Part shown: one piece after another, positions 44,011-55,406 of the stretch
Layout of the letters: each line of letters starts with the position of its first letter
Position numbering within the stretch: the first letter of the stretch is position 1
Made by a program: the position numbers and the translations under genes
DNA from: Chrysomallon squamiferum
Taxonomy: Eukaryota; Animalia; Mollusca
Length of the DNA: 64,000 bases
Direction of reading: 5' to 3'
NCBI GenBank assembly: GCA_012295275.1
Contig: CM022668.1
Coordinates: forward strand, 15,748,001 to 15,812,000
Notes under the pieces: model-generated
What the model was told of the DNA's origin: nothing
Databases searched by the model: none
Seen by the model: only the letters and a program-made list of their open reading frames with translations

Positions 44011-44187
44011 TAAAAAAACAAAAAAAACAAAAACAACATTATGGGTAAATTACCACTATGAATAAACACTTGTACGAATGTTGTTGTTGTGTTGTTTTTT
44101 TGTTGTTGTTCTTTTAATTTATTATTATTATTATTATTTTTTATTTATGAGTATTTTAAGTCTTCGAAACACACAAAAAAAACAACA

Positions 44188-44213
44188 CCCACCCACCCCA
44201 CCCCACCCCACCC
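44188..44213 (-). other. Putative RNA G-quadruplex at start of fzd5/8 3' UTR
   Basis: Minus strand GGGTGGGGTGGGGTGGGGTGGGTGGG: six G3-4 tracts with single-T loops, starting 8 nt after the TGA. Confidence 0.6.
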
Positions 44214-44221
44214 GGACTGTC

Positions 44222-46036
44222 TCAGACGTGGCTGAGTGGTTGCGACTTCGCCACCTGGTACGACGGATTCGTGTACTTGGCCATGCGGTTCGGGTGTCTG
44301 TACGAGTGTCTGTCGCACAGCTTCCCGTTGAACAGTCTCTTCCACGAATCCACAGTCTTCCCGGTCCAAATCCAGAACCCGGACGTGATTCCCACCACAA
44401 GACACATGAAATATTTTAACATGAACACAGAGTAGTCCGGCACGGCACCCCCACCACCGCCTCCCGCCCCCGCCTCTTCCCCCCCACCACCGAGGCACGG
44501 GCAGGTCCGAGTCCTCTCCCACCTGTGTCGCAGGTGCTGCTCGTAGAAGTAGCACGCGATGACGATGGTCGCGGGCACGGTGTAGAGGACGGAGAAGACG
44601 CCGATGCGGATCATGAGCCGCTCCAGCTTGTCCGTCTTGCCGCGCCCTTGCTGCTTGATGACGTTGCGGATGCGGAACAGCGACACGAAGCCGGCGAGCA
44701 GGAACGACGTGCCGATGATGAGGTACACGAACAAGGGGGCGAGCACGAAGCCCCGCAGGTTCTCCAGGTTCTCGTTGCCCACGTAGCAGATGCCGGCGAT
44801 GGGGTCGCCGTCCACCGACGACATGGCCAGCACGGCGATGCTCTTGACGCTGGGGATGAGCCAGGCGGCGAGGTGGAAGTACTGCGAGTAGCTGGCGATC
44901 GCCTCCTGTCCCCACTTCAACCCCGCGGCGAGGAACCACGTGAACGACAGGATCACCCACCATATGGACGACGCCATGCCGAAGAAGTAGATGAGCAGGA
45001 ACACCACCGTGCACACTGCCGGCCCCGTCGTCTCGTAGCGGATCATGCTGCCGTCGCAGGCGACGTGTTCGTGTCCCATGATGAGGCGGATGATGTAGCC
45101 GATGCTGACCATGAAATAGCACGCACTGAGGAAGATGATGGGCCTCTCCGGGTACTTGAACCGCTGCATGTCGATGAAGAAGGTGCTGACCGTCATCGAG
45201 GTGGAAATGCAGCACAGAATGGACCACAGTCCGATCCAGAACGTGGCGAAAGTCCTCTCGTCCTGTCCGAAGTACGGACTGTGGCAGTTGATGGCGCAGT
45301 TGAGAATCCCGCCCGTCGATATTCGGTTGTACTCGCCGCTCGACTCGGGTAAGATCGGCACCAGGGGGTGCAGACACCCGCACACGCAGTTCTTCACCGT
45401 CGACCTGAGAGGCCCGCCGTGTATCGGTCGAATCCCGTGACCCTCGATGGGCTTGATCCCCGGGGCGATCGGGTGTTTGATCCCGTGCCCTCTCGTCTGC
45501 GTGACCACGCCCGGCTCCCCGGGCCTCGCCGTAGAAACGCCGTACTTTCCCGAAGGCGACGGGGTCTGTCGGTCGGTCGTGTTCGCGTCCATGCACAGAA
45601 ATTCCTTGTCCCCGTACTCGGGGAGGGGCTTGCAGTCCATCCTCTCGGGCCACGCGAACCCGTACTGACGCATTAAGGGTGCGCACCCGGCCTTGGCCCG
45701 CTCGCAGACTGACCGGCAGGCGGGCAGGGGCTTCTTGTAGTTGGTGACGCAGATAGGAGCGTACATGCTGCACAGGAAGAACTTCAGATCGGGAGAGCAC
45801 TGGATTTCAACGAGCGGCCAGAACTGGTGAACCTCCAAACCGGCTTCCTCCTGGGTTTCGTGGTTGAACTGGTTCGGCATGTACGTGTAGTTGTATCCGA
45901 TTCCTTTGCACATGGGAATGGTGATCTCCTGGCACTTCCTCTGCTGGTCCCCGCCGAGTGCTGATCCAGCCAGCGTGGCGATCACTACGCACAGCAGCAC
46001 TCGCCTCGCTGTACACGAGTTCCGCGGCTGACTCAT
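44222..46036 (-). CDS. fzd5/8: Frizzled-5/8 subfamily Wnt receptor, 604 aa, uninterrupted CDS
   Basis: Signal peptide (RRVLLCVVIATLAGSALG). Frizzled cysteine-rich domain CQEITIPMCKGIGYNYTYMPNQFNHETQEEAGLEVHQFWPLVEIQCSPDLKFFLCSMY, the FZD5/8-type sequence. Seven TM segments with RFKYPERPIIFLSACY, SIWWVILSFTWFLAAGLKWG and LMIRIGVFSVLYTVPA. Dishevelled-binding KTxxxW motif (KTVDSW). C-terminal PDZ ligand PLSHV, like FZD5 -LSHV and FZD8 -LSQV. AAAC-ATG start context and strong GC3 bias against an AT-rich background. Confidence 0.98.
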   Translation of the reverse strand: MSQPRNSCTARRVLLCVVIATLAGSALGGDQQRKCQEITIPMCKGIGYNYTYMPNQFNHETQEEAGLEVHQFWPLVEIQCSPDLKFFLCSMYAPICVTNYKKPLPACRSVCERAKAGCAPLMRQYGFAWPERMDCKPLPEYGDKEFLCMDANTTDRQTPSPSGKYGVSTARPGEPGVVTQTRGHGIKHPIAPGIKPIEGHGIRPIHGGPLRSTVKNCVCGCLHPLVPILPESSGEYNRISTGGILNCAINCHSPYFGQDERTFATFWIGLWSILCCISTSMTVSTFFIDMQRFKYPERPIIFLSACYFMVSIGYIIRLIMGHEHVACDGSMIRYETTGPAVCTVVFLLIYFFGMASSIWWVILSFTWFLAAGLKWGQEAIASYSQYFHLAAWLIPSVKSIAVLAMSSVDGDPIAGICYVGNENLENLRGFVLAPLFVYLIIGTSFLLAGFVSLFRIRNVIKQQGRGKTDKLERLMIRIGVFSVLYTVPATIVIACYFYEQHLRHRWERTRTCPCLGGGGEEAGAGGGGGGAVPDYSVFMLKYFMCLVVGITSGFWIWTGKTVDSWKRLFNGKLCDRHSYRHPNRMAKYTNPSYQVAKSQPLSHV

Positions 46037-46221
46037 GTTTCCAGTGTTTTGTTTATTTTATTTTATTTTAGTTTAGTTTAGTTGTTTTGTTTTATTATTA
46101 TTATTATTATTATTATAAAACGTCTGTGAAGTAATTAAATGTCTTTTATTAAAAAATCCTCATCTAGGGAAAACACACTTCCCTTTTTGTAGTCTGAATC
46201 CATTGTCGATCATTGTCGTTG

Positions 46222-46284
46222 TTACAGTCGGTGACGTCGTCCCCACAACGAAGAAACGGGTTTTTCATTCATGTTCATCATCAT
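46222..46284 (-). other. Upstream ORF in putative fzd5/8 5' leader (MMMNMNEKPVSSLWGRRHRL*)
   Basis: Manual translation of the minus strand gives ATG ATG ATG AAC ATG ... CTG TAA. It is a uORF only if the TSS lies upstream of 46284. Confidence 0.4.
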
Positions 46285-46599
46285 CACCACTGTTTAAAAA
46301 AACCACAACACACACAAACACACAGAACGTTGTCGTGTTCCAACGAAAGAATTCAAAAAATAAAAATCCTCCGAACTGGTGGGAGCTTCGCGATCTATGG
46401 AGGAATCAAAAAAATAAAGAACCACAGTAATGGTATCCTGTACAGATCGACAGTAGTAGCCGATGGTCACATAACTTTCAAGTTAACACGTAAGTACCAG
46501 CTCCGTTCACAAAGACTTCACTCTCTCTCTTTCTCTCTCTCTCTGAAAGCAGCGATGGTAATTTTGCTTCCTTCCCCGATACATTTATCTATTTCTCAC

Positions 46600-46800
46600 A
46601 TTTCCCCGAGTCTCACATGAGTTGGCAGACAGATTACGGGCAATCTGGGTGATGTCTAACGTCAGTAGTGGAAGACGCGGCAGCCAATGAAATCGCCGAC
46701 ACGACTAATTACATGACATGGGCGGAGCTTTCGGAGGTCTTCCTTCTTTCCGTCTTTCTACTTGGCACGGCTTAGCGCTGAGCGACCGGCGGTAATCTGA
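46600..46800 (-). promoter_or_regulatory. Probable fzd5/8 proximal promoter
   Basis: About 570-760 bp upstream of the ATG. Contains CCAAT box (AGCCAATGA, CCAAT at 46684-46688), GC box GGGCGG (46720-46725), TAATTA (46706-46711) and CRE-like TAACGTCA (46657-46664) in CpG-rich unique sequence. The TSS cannot be determined from sequence. Confidence 0.6.
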
Positions 46801-47868
46801 AAATAAAGACATAGAAGAAAATATATTTCATCCCTGGATGTTGTTGTCAAGACGTGTTTGTTTGTCTAACAAGCAAGTAAGTAGGAGGGCGTCTCTCTTC
46901 GCGAAAGTAACTACAGGCGGCAGGGCTCGGCTGAAAAGACGTTGGGGGTTCATTAAAATACGTTTCTCTTGTCTTGTTCAAATACTGGAACAGACCCGTG
47001 AAAAAGAAAAAAAGAAAAAGCTCTGAATGTCCCAGCGTGAAACCGGGGTCTGGTTATCAAAAAAAAAATGTTCTATTTACTGTACTAAAGATTTCTTTTG
47101 TTTGTCAGGTTTCTGCCCCCTCCTCCTCCCCCCCCACGTTTATAAGAACCTTTCATTCATTTGCCGGGCGGTTTGCGAGCGTGGAGGAACAAGGGGGGGT
47201 GGGGGTGGGGGTGTTGTAGTTAGTTGGGAAGGTTATAATCGCTTCTTTTTAACCAACGACTCTGAATTGAACACGACAACGCGGCGGTTGGGAACCCGAG
47301 CTAAGGAAAAACGGTGACAAAGTCATCAAACTGTTTGCCGAAAAAAAAAAAAAAAAAAAAAAAAAACGATGAAAAGAATTACAAGTTGTAGAAAAATGGA
47401 AAACATAATACTGTGTACATATATACCTGTACCAAAAGAAAAAGAAAAAAGAAAAAAAAAAAAACGCTACCTCGGGCTAAACTAAAGAGAGAAATCACGA
47501 AATGTGAGGGTTAAAAAAGGGGAAGAACCTGTCACCGAGGGGTATAGCGTTTGTTGTTGTCGTTAGTCACGTGGTCATGTTCTCTGTGTGTGTGTGTGTG
47601 TGTGTGTGGGACGAAGAACGGGTCACGGCACCGGCTCATTAAGTCATGTTCAATATTTACACGTGCGACAGAAGAAAAAGACTACATACACTTTTAACAC
47701 GTCTTAAGAAAAGAAAAAAAAAAAAAGAAACACGCCGAAATTTGCTATTTGCGGCGGGAATAATCTTCAACTGTTAAGTTAATTTTATATTGTAATGTAT
47801 ATTATTTTGTATGTGCGTGTGTGTCTGTATAGTGTTTTGGAATGCATGCGAACGAGTAAGAATAGCTG

Positions 47869-47923
<55 letters not shown>

Positions 47924-48553
47924 AATAATAAGAATAACAGTAACAATAAAATAATATCAGTAATAATAACAGTAATAATAATAATAACCAATAATAATAA
48001 TAATAATAACAATAAAATAATAATAGTAATAATAATAATAAAATAATAACAGTAATATTAATAATAATAACAGTAATAATAATAATAACAATAACCTTAA
48101 TAATAATAATAATGTAATAATAATAATAATAATAACAACAGTAATAAAAATGATAATAATCAGATCAGTACAAAATATAGGAATAACAATATCTATATTT
48201 TCAAAGTTAAAATAATTCTTTTATGAAAACATAATTCTGATAATAAAAACAAGACACAAGCACTTTAAATGTACACATTTGTAACTAAATATACAAATAA
48301 AAAAACCCACTGAAAACCAGATTCATTCTGTAACAGACGAAATTATAATGAAGCTAATAAAATATTTACATAACCTTACATACTCATATTTGTCTTTTTG
48401 AATTCCTACGATGCAGAATAAAAAAAATAAAAATAAAAAATAAAAAAATAAAAAATATATATTTCCCATATATTTTATTTTGGAATTAAAAACAAATAAA
48501 AAAAGAAAGAAATATTTATGTTTTTTTTTTTTTTCCCTCCTTTTTTATTCCAT

Positions 48554-48608
<55 letters not shown>

Positions 48609-49014
48609 TTTGTTATTTTTTTCTTGTTTGTTTTTTTGTTCTCTAACATATTTGAAATGACCAAATTTTAATTATTTTTCCAGTTTCCCTTATTTATTTA
48701 TTTATTTATTTATTTATTTGTTTATTTATTTATCTATTTGTTGCTCTTTTTTCTTTCTTTCTTTCTCTTTTTTAAAATTCATTTTTTTTTCTTTATGAAT
48801 ATTATTTGCATTATTCTTTCCTTCATGTTTTGCACTGTTTGTCAGATTATATCTTATAATGAAATTCAGATTTAAATAGTTTATTTTAACATTAAATAGA
48901 TAAATGATTATTTAAAGCATACTATAATTATTACCATCAACATCATCATCATTTTCATTATTATTTCTATAATGTTTAGTATCATCATCCACATTACTTT
49001 TATTATTATTATTC

Positions 49015-49070
<56 letters not shown>

Positions 49071-49668
49071 TTTTTTATCATCATCATCAACATAATTATA
49101 CTCATTATTGTATTATTCTATGTATTATTATTACCACCATCATCGTCATCATCATTATCACCATCGTTATGATTATATCATATACTGTGCGTGTGTGTGT
49201 GTGTGTGTGTTGTTTATTTATATACATTGGGTCTTTTTACATATAATAAATTCTTAAAACTCATCTTCAAGATAATACTATCAAAGACATTTCTAAAAGT
49301 AATAAAAAAATTATGTATCTGTTGTTAATAAATTTTCTCAAAAAAAAAAAAAGACAGACAAATTTAATTTGAAAATCCATTTAACACCAAGATTAATGAT
49401 AAACTTGAAAAATGATTTTGTAATTTATATCAATTTCACCAAGAGTAATATATGTGAAAGATTCGCATTAGTTCACAATTTAATTTAAATAAAAAATTTA
49501 AATGTTATTTGTTATCTTCACTGATAATATTTTTTATCGTTATTTTTAATTTAAAGCCAAAAATATTCAGCCAACCCACCCTCACCGATGATAAAGTATT
49601 ATCCCAATCTTAATTTGGTTTTCATTTATTAACTAACTAACTAACTAAATAAATAAATAAATAAATAA

Positions 49669-49731
<63 letters not shown>

Positions 49732-52113
49732 AACTAAAGATGTTTGTGTTTCAAATATAATTAATACGTTGTGCGTTTTCAAAGTTCTTTGAAATAAGGT
49801 GCTATAAAGAAAATAAAATAAAATTTCAAACTGGCTTTCGAAAACAAAAACTGCACGAGAATCTAGTATTTCATTTACAATGGCCTTAAGGACAACACTA
49901 TAATGCAGAGGAAAATGAAGAAAGAAAAAGTATTTAAAATATTTTACAAAGAAAAAAAACAAGAATATGGCATTAAGAGAAAAAAAAAAAAAGAAAAAGA
50001 AGAAGAAAAAAATTAAAGAATAAAAAAAAGAAAAAAAAAAGGAAGGAAAGAAAAAATTAAAGAAGAAAAAAAAAAAAAAGGAAAGAAAGAAAGAAAAAAA
50101 CACTAATGAAGATATAAAAAAAGTTTATAATCTCTTGAGTTTAATTTACAACGACATAAAATCGGGAAAAAAATAAAAAAATAAATAAAAAATTAAATAT
50201 TTTATTTAGTAAACTAAAATTGCAGATTCTTACCCGCCTCCACTAAACGAATTAAAAAAAAATAAAATAAATAAAAATAAAAATAAAAATAAAATAAAAA
50301 TGTCTGAAGATGCGGCAGTGTTTCTAACGGACGTTGTCACGTGTTAATTTTACCTAACGCTTTCACGTCAACACTCCCACAAGTTCCGCTCTCCAGCAGT
50401 TTGTCTTCGAACTCGAGACTAAACGTAGCTTCCCAGCTATCAGTTATCGACACCCCCCTCTCCTCCTCCCCCTCCACCCCCACCCCCCGCCCGCGGATTG
50501 CGTCTTTCGTTCTCTCGCGCTGCTTCGCGCTTTCCGAGGGAGCAGTCATTGTTACCTGTGCGCCAATTACCAGTCGCTACTCTTCACCCTCTCTATTGAA
50601 AACCGTCGGCAGATCATTTCCCGGATTACTCTGTTCAGAGGGAGTCTTGACGCCTCTTTCGTTTCGGTAAATATTTCGTGAAAATTTTGCTAATAACCCA
50701 GAGGGCGGTCGCAGTCGGGTGTCTCCGGTATACTGAGCGAAAAAAAATGTTTAGTCATTGTATAGATTATATATATACAGCTAAACACCGTCGGATTAAA
50801 GCACAAATGTCGTGCGTGGTCTTTTTTTTTGCAGTTGTTATTATAAACTCAGGCATAAAATGTGATGTTCGTGTCGTGCGCAATGTTAAGCATACTGATC
50901 GAAAAAAATTACGGCTTGTTCCTGTTTATACAGAAAAATAATGCTTATAGCAATGAGATTCTTGTTCGGTCTTTTAAACTAAACTTAGACAAGTTACACA
51001 TGGTTCGCTTTTGTTTGTCTTCGTATACTGAAGTAAAATAATGTACAAAAATTTTGTATCGATAAAGACTGGATTGCGACATAAAAATGTACGATACATA
51101 TTTTTCAGTTCTTGCTGAAGTTAGGCATAAAAAGGGGCGAGTTTTGTCTTAGGCTTGTTTTCTGAATACTGAACGAAAATGAGTAGGCGATGTATTCTAG
51201 AGATAAACACCGTGTTATAACAGAGAGTTTCTGCTTAGAATTTTGTTTTAATGTTAAACTTAGACTGAAAGACACACGCTTTCCTGCTGTCGTCATATAT
51301 ATATATATATATATGTGTATTCTGTGTTTCTATATATTAACATTACAGTATAAAATTAATGAACTGGTTTTTGTTGTTGTTTTTTTTATTTTATTCTTTT
51401 TTTTTTTTTTTTTTTATTTTTTTTTTTTTTTTTGCTATTCGTGCTAAACATTAAAAGAAAATTTTTGGGGGCTCATTTTACATCTGTCATTTTTTTTTTT
51501 GGATAAAACTTTCGGTATACTGAGCCAAATAAAATATCTGCTTTCTGTGCAGTAAAACAGGTTAATAAAACTATTTTCATGTTTAACCTGGATGCGGTCC
51601 TTGTTACACCTAATTTGAAGGAATGCGGTTCTCCTAATGACAGCGACATTTTTCTCATTTTTTGTTCGCAATGTTCTAAGCCCGGATAACAAGAAGTTTG
51701 TTGTTAAGTTGTTAATCCTCTTTACCGACGGTCAAAGTTTACGGTTTAAAATTGTTAGTACTAAGTCATAAAGGTACATGTTCAAGTGACTCTATCAGCT
51801 CAGTTTTGTAAGCAAACCAAATTAAGCCTTCTCCCTCTAACAAACTAAAATTAAGCTAGGTACTACACCTTTCCAGTTGGCAGATTATTTTTTCGTTGTG
51901 TAAGATTCTGTTAAGGATGTTTTAAATTTCTATCTACGAAATGACGTCACAAAAAAAAGAGAAACGGAAGCTTCCAGGCACCGCGAAAAACTTTTATGCT
52001 GTCATATTTTATTATTACTTAAATTAGTTTACAAATACACCACTACTACTACAAACCACTCTGATAACGATGATGATGATGGCGACGATATGATGTTGAT
52101 CATGATCATAGTG

Positions 52114-52147
<34 letters not shown>

Positions 52148-52736
52148 CCACAAATCTGACACTAACTCCTGTTATTTTATTAAACAGAGAACTATACAAA
52201 GAAGGTTACTGTTACATACACACTACGCTGCACGGAACTACAAACCAGGAATTTTTGAAACAGTATACAGCCAAAGACACGTGTCAGAGCCCCCCACCAC
52301 CCCTCCCACGGGGATTCCCGCACGTTCTGCTAAATGGTTGGCGCCAATGTCGTATAAACATGGCGCAAACGAAAACATAAGCACACAGTGGGAGGGGGAG
52401 GTGAATCGGGCGTGAATGTGGAGGGATATTACGTTCCGGGGGGAGGAAGATATGACGTTTATGAAAACAAAGTGGCTAGTTTTCTATCGTACTCTGTATA
52501 GGCGCCTGTCCGCGAGGTAGATGGGGGGGGGGTGGGGGGAATTTCCGTATCTGTGACGTAGGTGGAAATGGAAAGCAGCAAGGAGTAACAGTAAGTAAGG
52601 GAGGTAAGTAGAAAACTGCTGTGTGCTAAGAGAAAATTACTCTATTTTGAAACACTTCCTGGTGTTCCGGAATTAGGTTTGACAGCTAATCATAATTTTT
52701 ATTTTAGTCTCTTTTCTTCCTTTTTATAAATGTATT

Positions 52737-52838
<102 letters not shown>

Positions 52839-52864
52839 TGCTTCATATAGCTGTTATCGAAAAT

Positions 52865-53200
52865 ATGACTGCAACTGTAGCAGAATGGTTAAACGGTATT
52901 ATACTGATTCTGTGATATAAATGATTAAGACTTGTTGAAGTTCTCAACACCAAAACCCACAGAATAATTACACCTGTCCAGAACAGGGTCAAGAAAGTGT
53001 GTCCACGACAAGCATGCTTTAACACGAGTCAAAGTCTGTGATCATGATAAATATGATTGAACAGAAGTCTGAACCTTAGACTTCCAGGAATACGTACACA
53101 ACACAAACTTGGACAGAAGTCCGCGACTGTCCTCGACAAGCGTGCTTGAACATGAGAAACAAGAGGGTGTGTCCTAGAAAGGCATGCTGGGACTGTAGTG
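52865..53200 (+). mobile_element. Decayed SINE copy with internally repeated core motif
   Basis: A-box-like gtagcagaatggttaaacggtatt. Core tgtccacgacaagcatgctttaacacgag (about 53000), repeated as tgtcctcgacaagcgtgcttgaacatgag (about 53128) and tgtgtcctagaaaggcatgctg (about 53168). Confidence 0.45.
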
Positions 53201-55264
53201 TGAGAAGATGTTGCCATGAAAGGCGTACATGAACGGAATCCAGAGATATGTCTGTTACAGTGCGAAAGAAAAGCTTTCAGAAAGAAACCAAAAGAAATCT
53301 CAGGACAGTTATAAATATATAAATATGAAGACTGATAGGAGATAAACATAAAGAATATATTTAAAGTTTTTCTTGCAAGATTTTTTTTTTTTAAATAAAA
53401 TCATTCATCTAATCTTTGAAGGAAATTTATCAGTTCCAATACATGACAGCTTCCACAGTTAACTGAAATGTTTATAAACAATAAAGACGTTTTTGTTTAT
53501 TTTTATTTCCAGGCAGTATACTAACACAATAAAAACGATTTCATTCTTAGAGACTATTCTCCAATGCAGGTTTACACAAATTATTTAATGTTTAAAAGTC
53601 TACAATAACACTTGGAGGACAGAAAAATCTAAATAACTTAGGAATGTTTTTTACAGTAATCAGTTATTATTAAGTTATTATTTTTGAATATGTGTATTAC
53701 TTTAATATAAGAAATGAACTATAGTAAATATATATATATATATATATGTACATTTATTTATTTATTATTTATTATTTATTCGTGTTATTGCCTAAAGAAA
53801 GGAATATTTTAAAACAATTATTAAAGCCTACCTTTGTATCAGAATGACATCTACGTTTGTATATCCTCGACAACACTGCCTGTTCACTGTAAGTATTGTG
53901 TGACCAGTGAAAAATATTGTGTCCGCATTCGAATGACCTAAAGATTAATAAACTCGAGATAGGCTATCGCGGACAAAGGTCCTTTAGTTAGAGCGAGTCG
54001 ACGGAACGGTGTATTAAATCGAATGAAACTCCGACGTTACGTAACAAAGTTGTTGTTACGCGAATAAGGCCCAGTCTCGCAAAGTCTCGTGGCTGCGAGA
54101 TTTCACCTGGGTGCTTAACCGTGTCAGAAGATTAGTGTTCGGGTATTGTAAGGTTATTAGCCAGCTCAGAAACTCGTTTAAGTAGCAGTTGAATAATGAT
54201 TGTACAGGTAAACATGGAAAAAAAAAAAAAAAAATTTAATAAAACAGAAGAAAAGAAATGTAAACAGATTAATGTCAAATTTTCTGTTTTATAATAGTAT
54301 TGTGTGCAAATATCTGCCTTGATCCTGTTGGATAGAAAAAGTTGAATGGTTTCTATAGAAACAGCTAATACTATTATTAATACTTCATTAGCAGACGACA
54401 TAAATATGTTGTTAGTCTTTCACTTATAGATATCTAATTAATTACAGGTAATTGCATGTTCCTACCTACTGACTATCTACTACACACCTAAATCTACTTC
54501 ACTTACTTATATACTAACCTGCCTACTACCTATCTAACCACCTACAAGCCATCTGTCTGTCTGTCCATGTGCATGTATGTACCTGCCAGTCTGTCTGTCT
54601 GTCTTTCAGTCTGTCTGTCTAATATATTTGTCATTATCCTTGCTTCACCCAATTATTATTTTTGTTATTATTATTGTTGTTGATGTTGTTCTTGTTACTA
54701 TATATTTATTTATTTATTTACTTGCTTTTTTATTTTACTGACTTAGTTACTTACTTACTTACTTACTTAGTTATTTTGCTGCTGTTGTTTCAAAATTAAC
54801 ATTTTTATCGCAAAAACTGATATAGTTAATGGCTGTATAAAAAATAACAATACATTAACTGGTTTTTTTTCTCACAAAAGACCGCGCCATCAGGTGTGAT
54901 CCACATTAGACTTAGCGATGTCAGATCACCAGTCAAACTGTTAGAAAACTTAGCGATTAGCCGCCATTTTGCGTCAGATCGGACATCTCGTTAAAAGACG
55001 TGATAATTGGGCTTTGTGTTCTCGTTCTCTCTTATCGGCTTCCGTGCGAACCCCAGCATGACGTCAGAGTGACACGTCGGCAGGGGTCAAGGTCTTTTGT
55101 CTGCGCAGACGTTTGCTAATGAGTCTATTTATAGATCAATTAACACCTAATTAATCCCGGTGTTTGAAAATGTGAATTAGGATGGCGTTAGTCGGGTATT
55201 GTTGACACTAATTGATTTCTGTTCTTCAAGTTCGTCCTCATTGGCTTTAAAAATAATTTTGTTC

Positions 55265-55301
<37 letters not shown>

Positions 55302-55373
55302 GTATTTGGTGTTGTTCTTCTTTATTAATTATTGTTGTCGTTGTTTTTATTTATTTATTTATTTATTAATTGA

Positions 55374-55406
<33 letters not shown>

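Noticed and set aside
44525-45676. Antisense ORFs over the Fz CDS (275 aa, 101 aa, 102 aa and others)
   Set aside because: Typical shadow ORFs of a high-GC3 gene with no independent protein features.
44145-45800. 551-aa alternative-frame ORF overlapping fzd5/8 on the same strand
   Set aside because: In this frame the first codon position is the GC-rich third position of the Fz codons, so stops are rare by construction. The product is R/H/G/P-rich with no domain and has a non-ATG start.
44222-46036. High-GC intronless CDS as horizontal transfer or retrocopy
   Set aside because: Frizzled is metazoan and Fz5/8 CDSs are commonly intronless. The ORF is intact, has a plausible promoter, and shows no poly-A tail or TSD.
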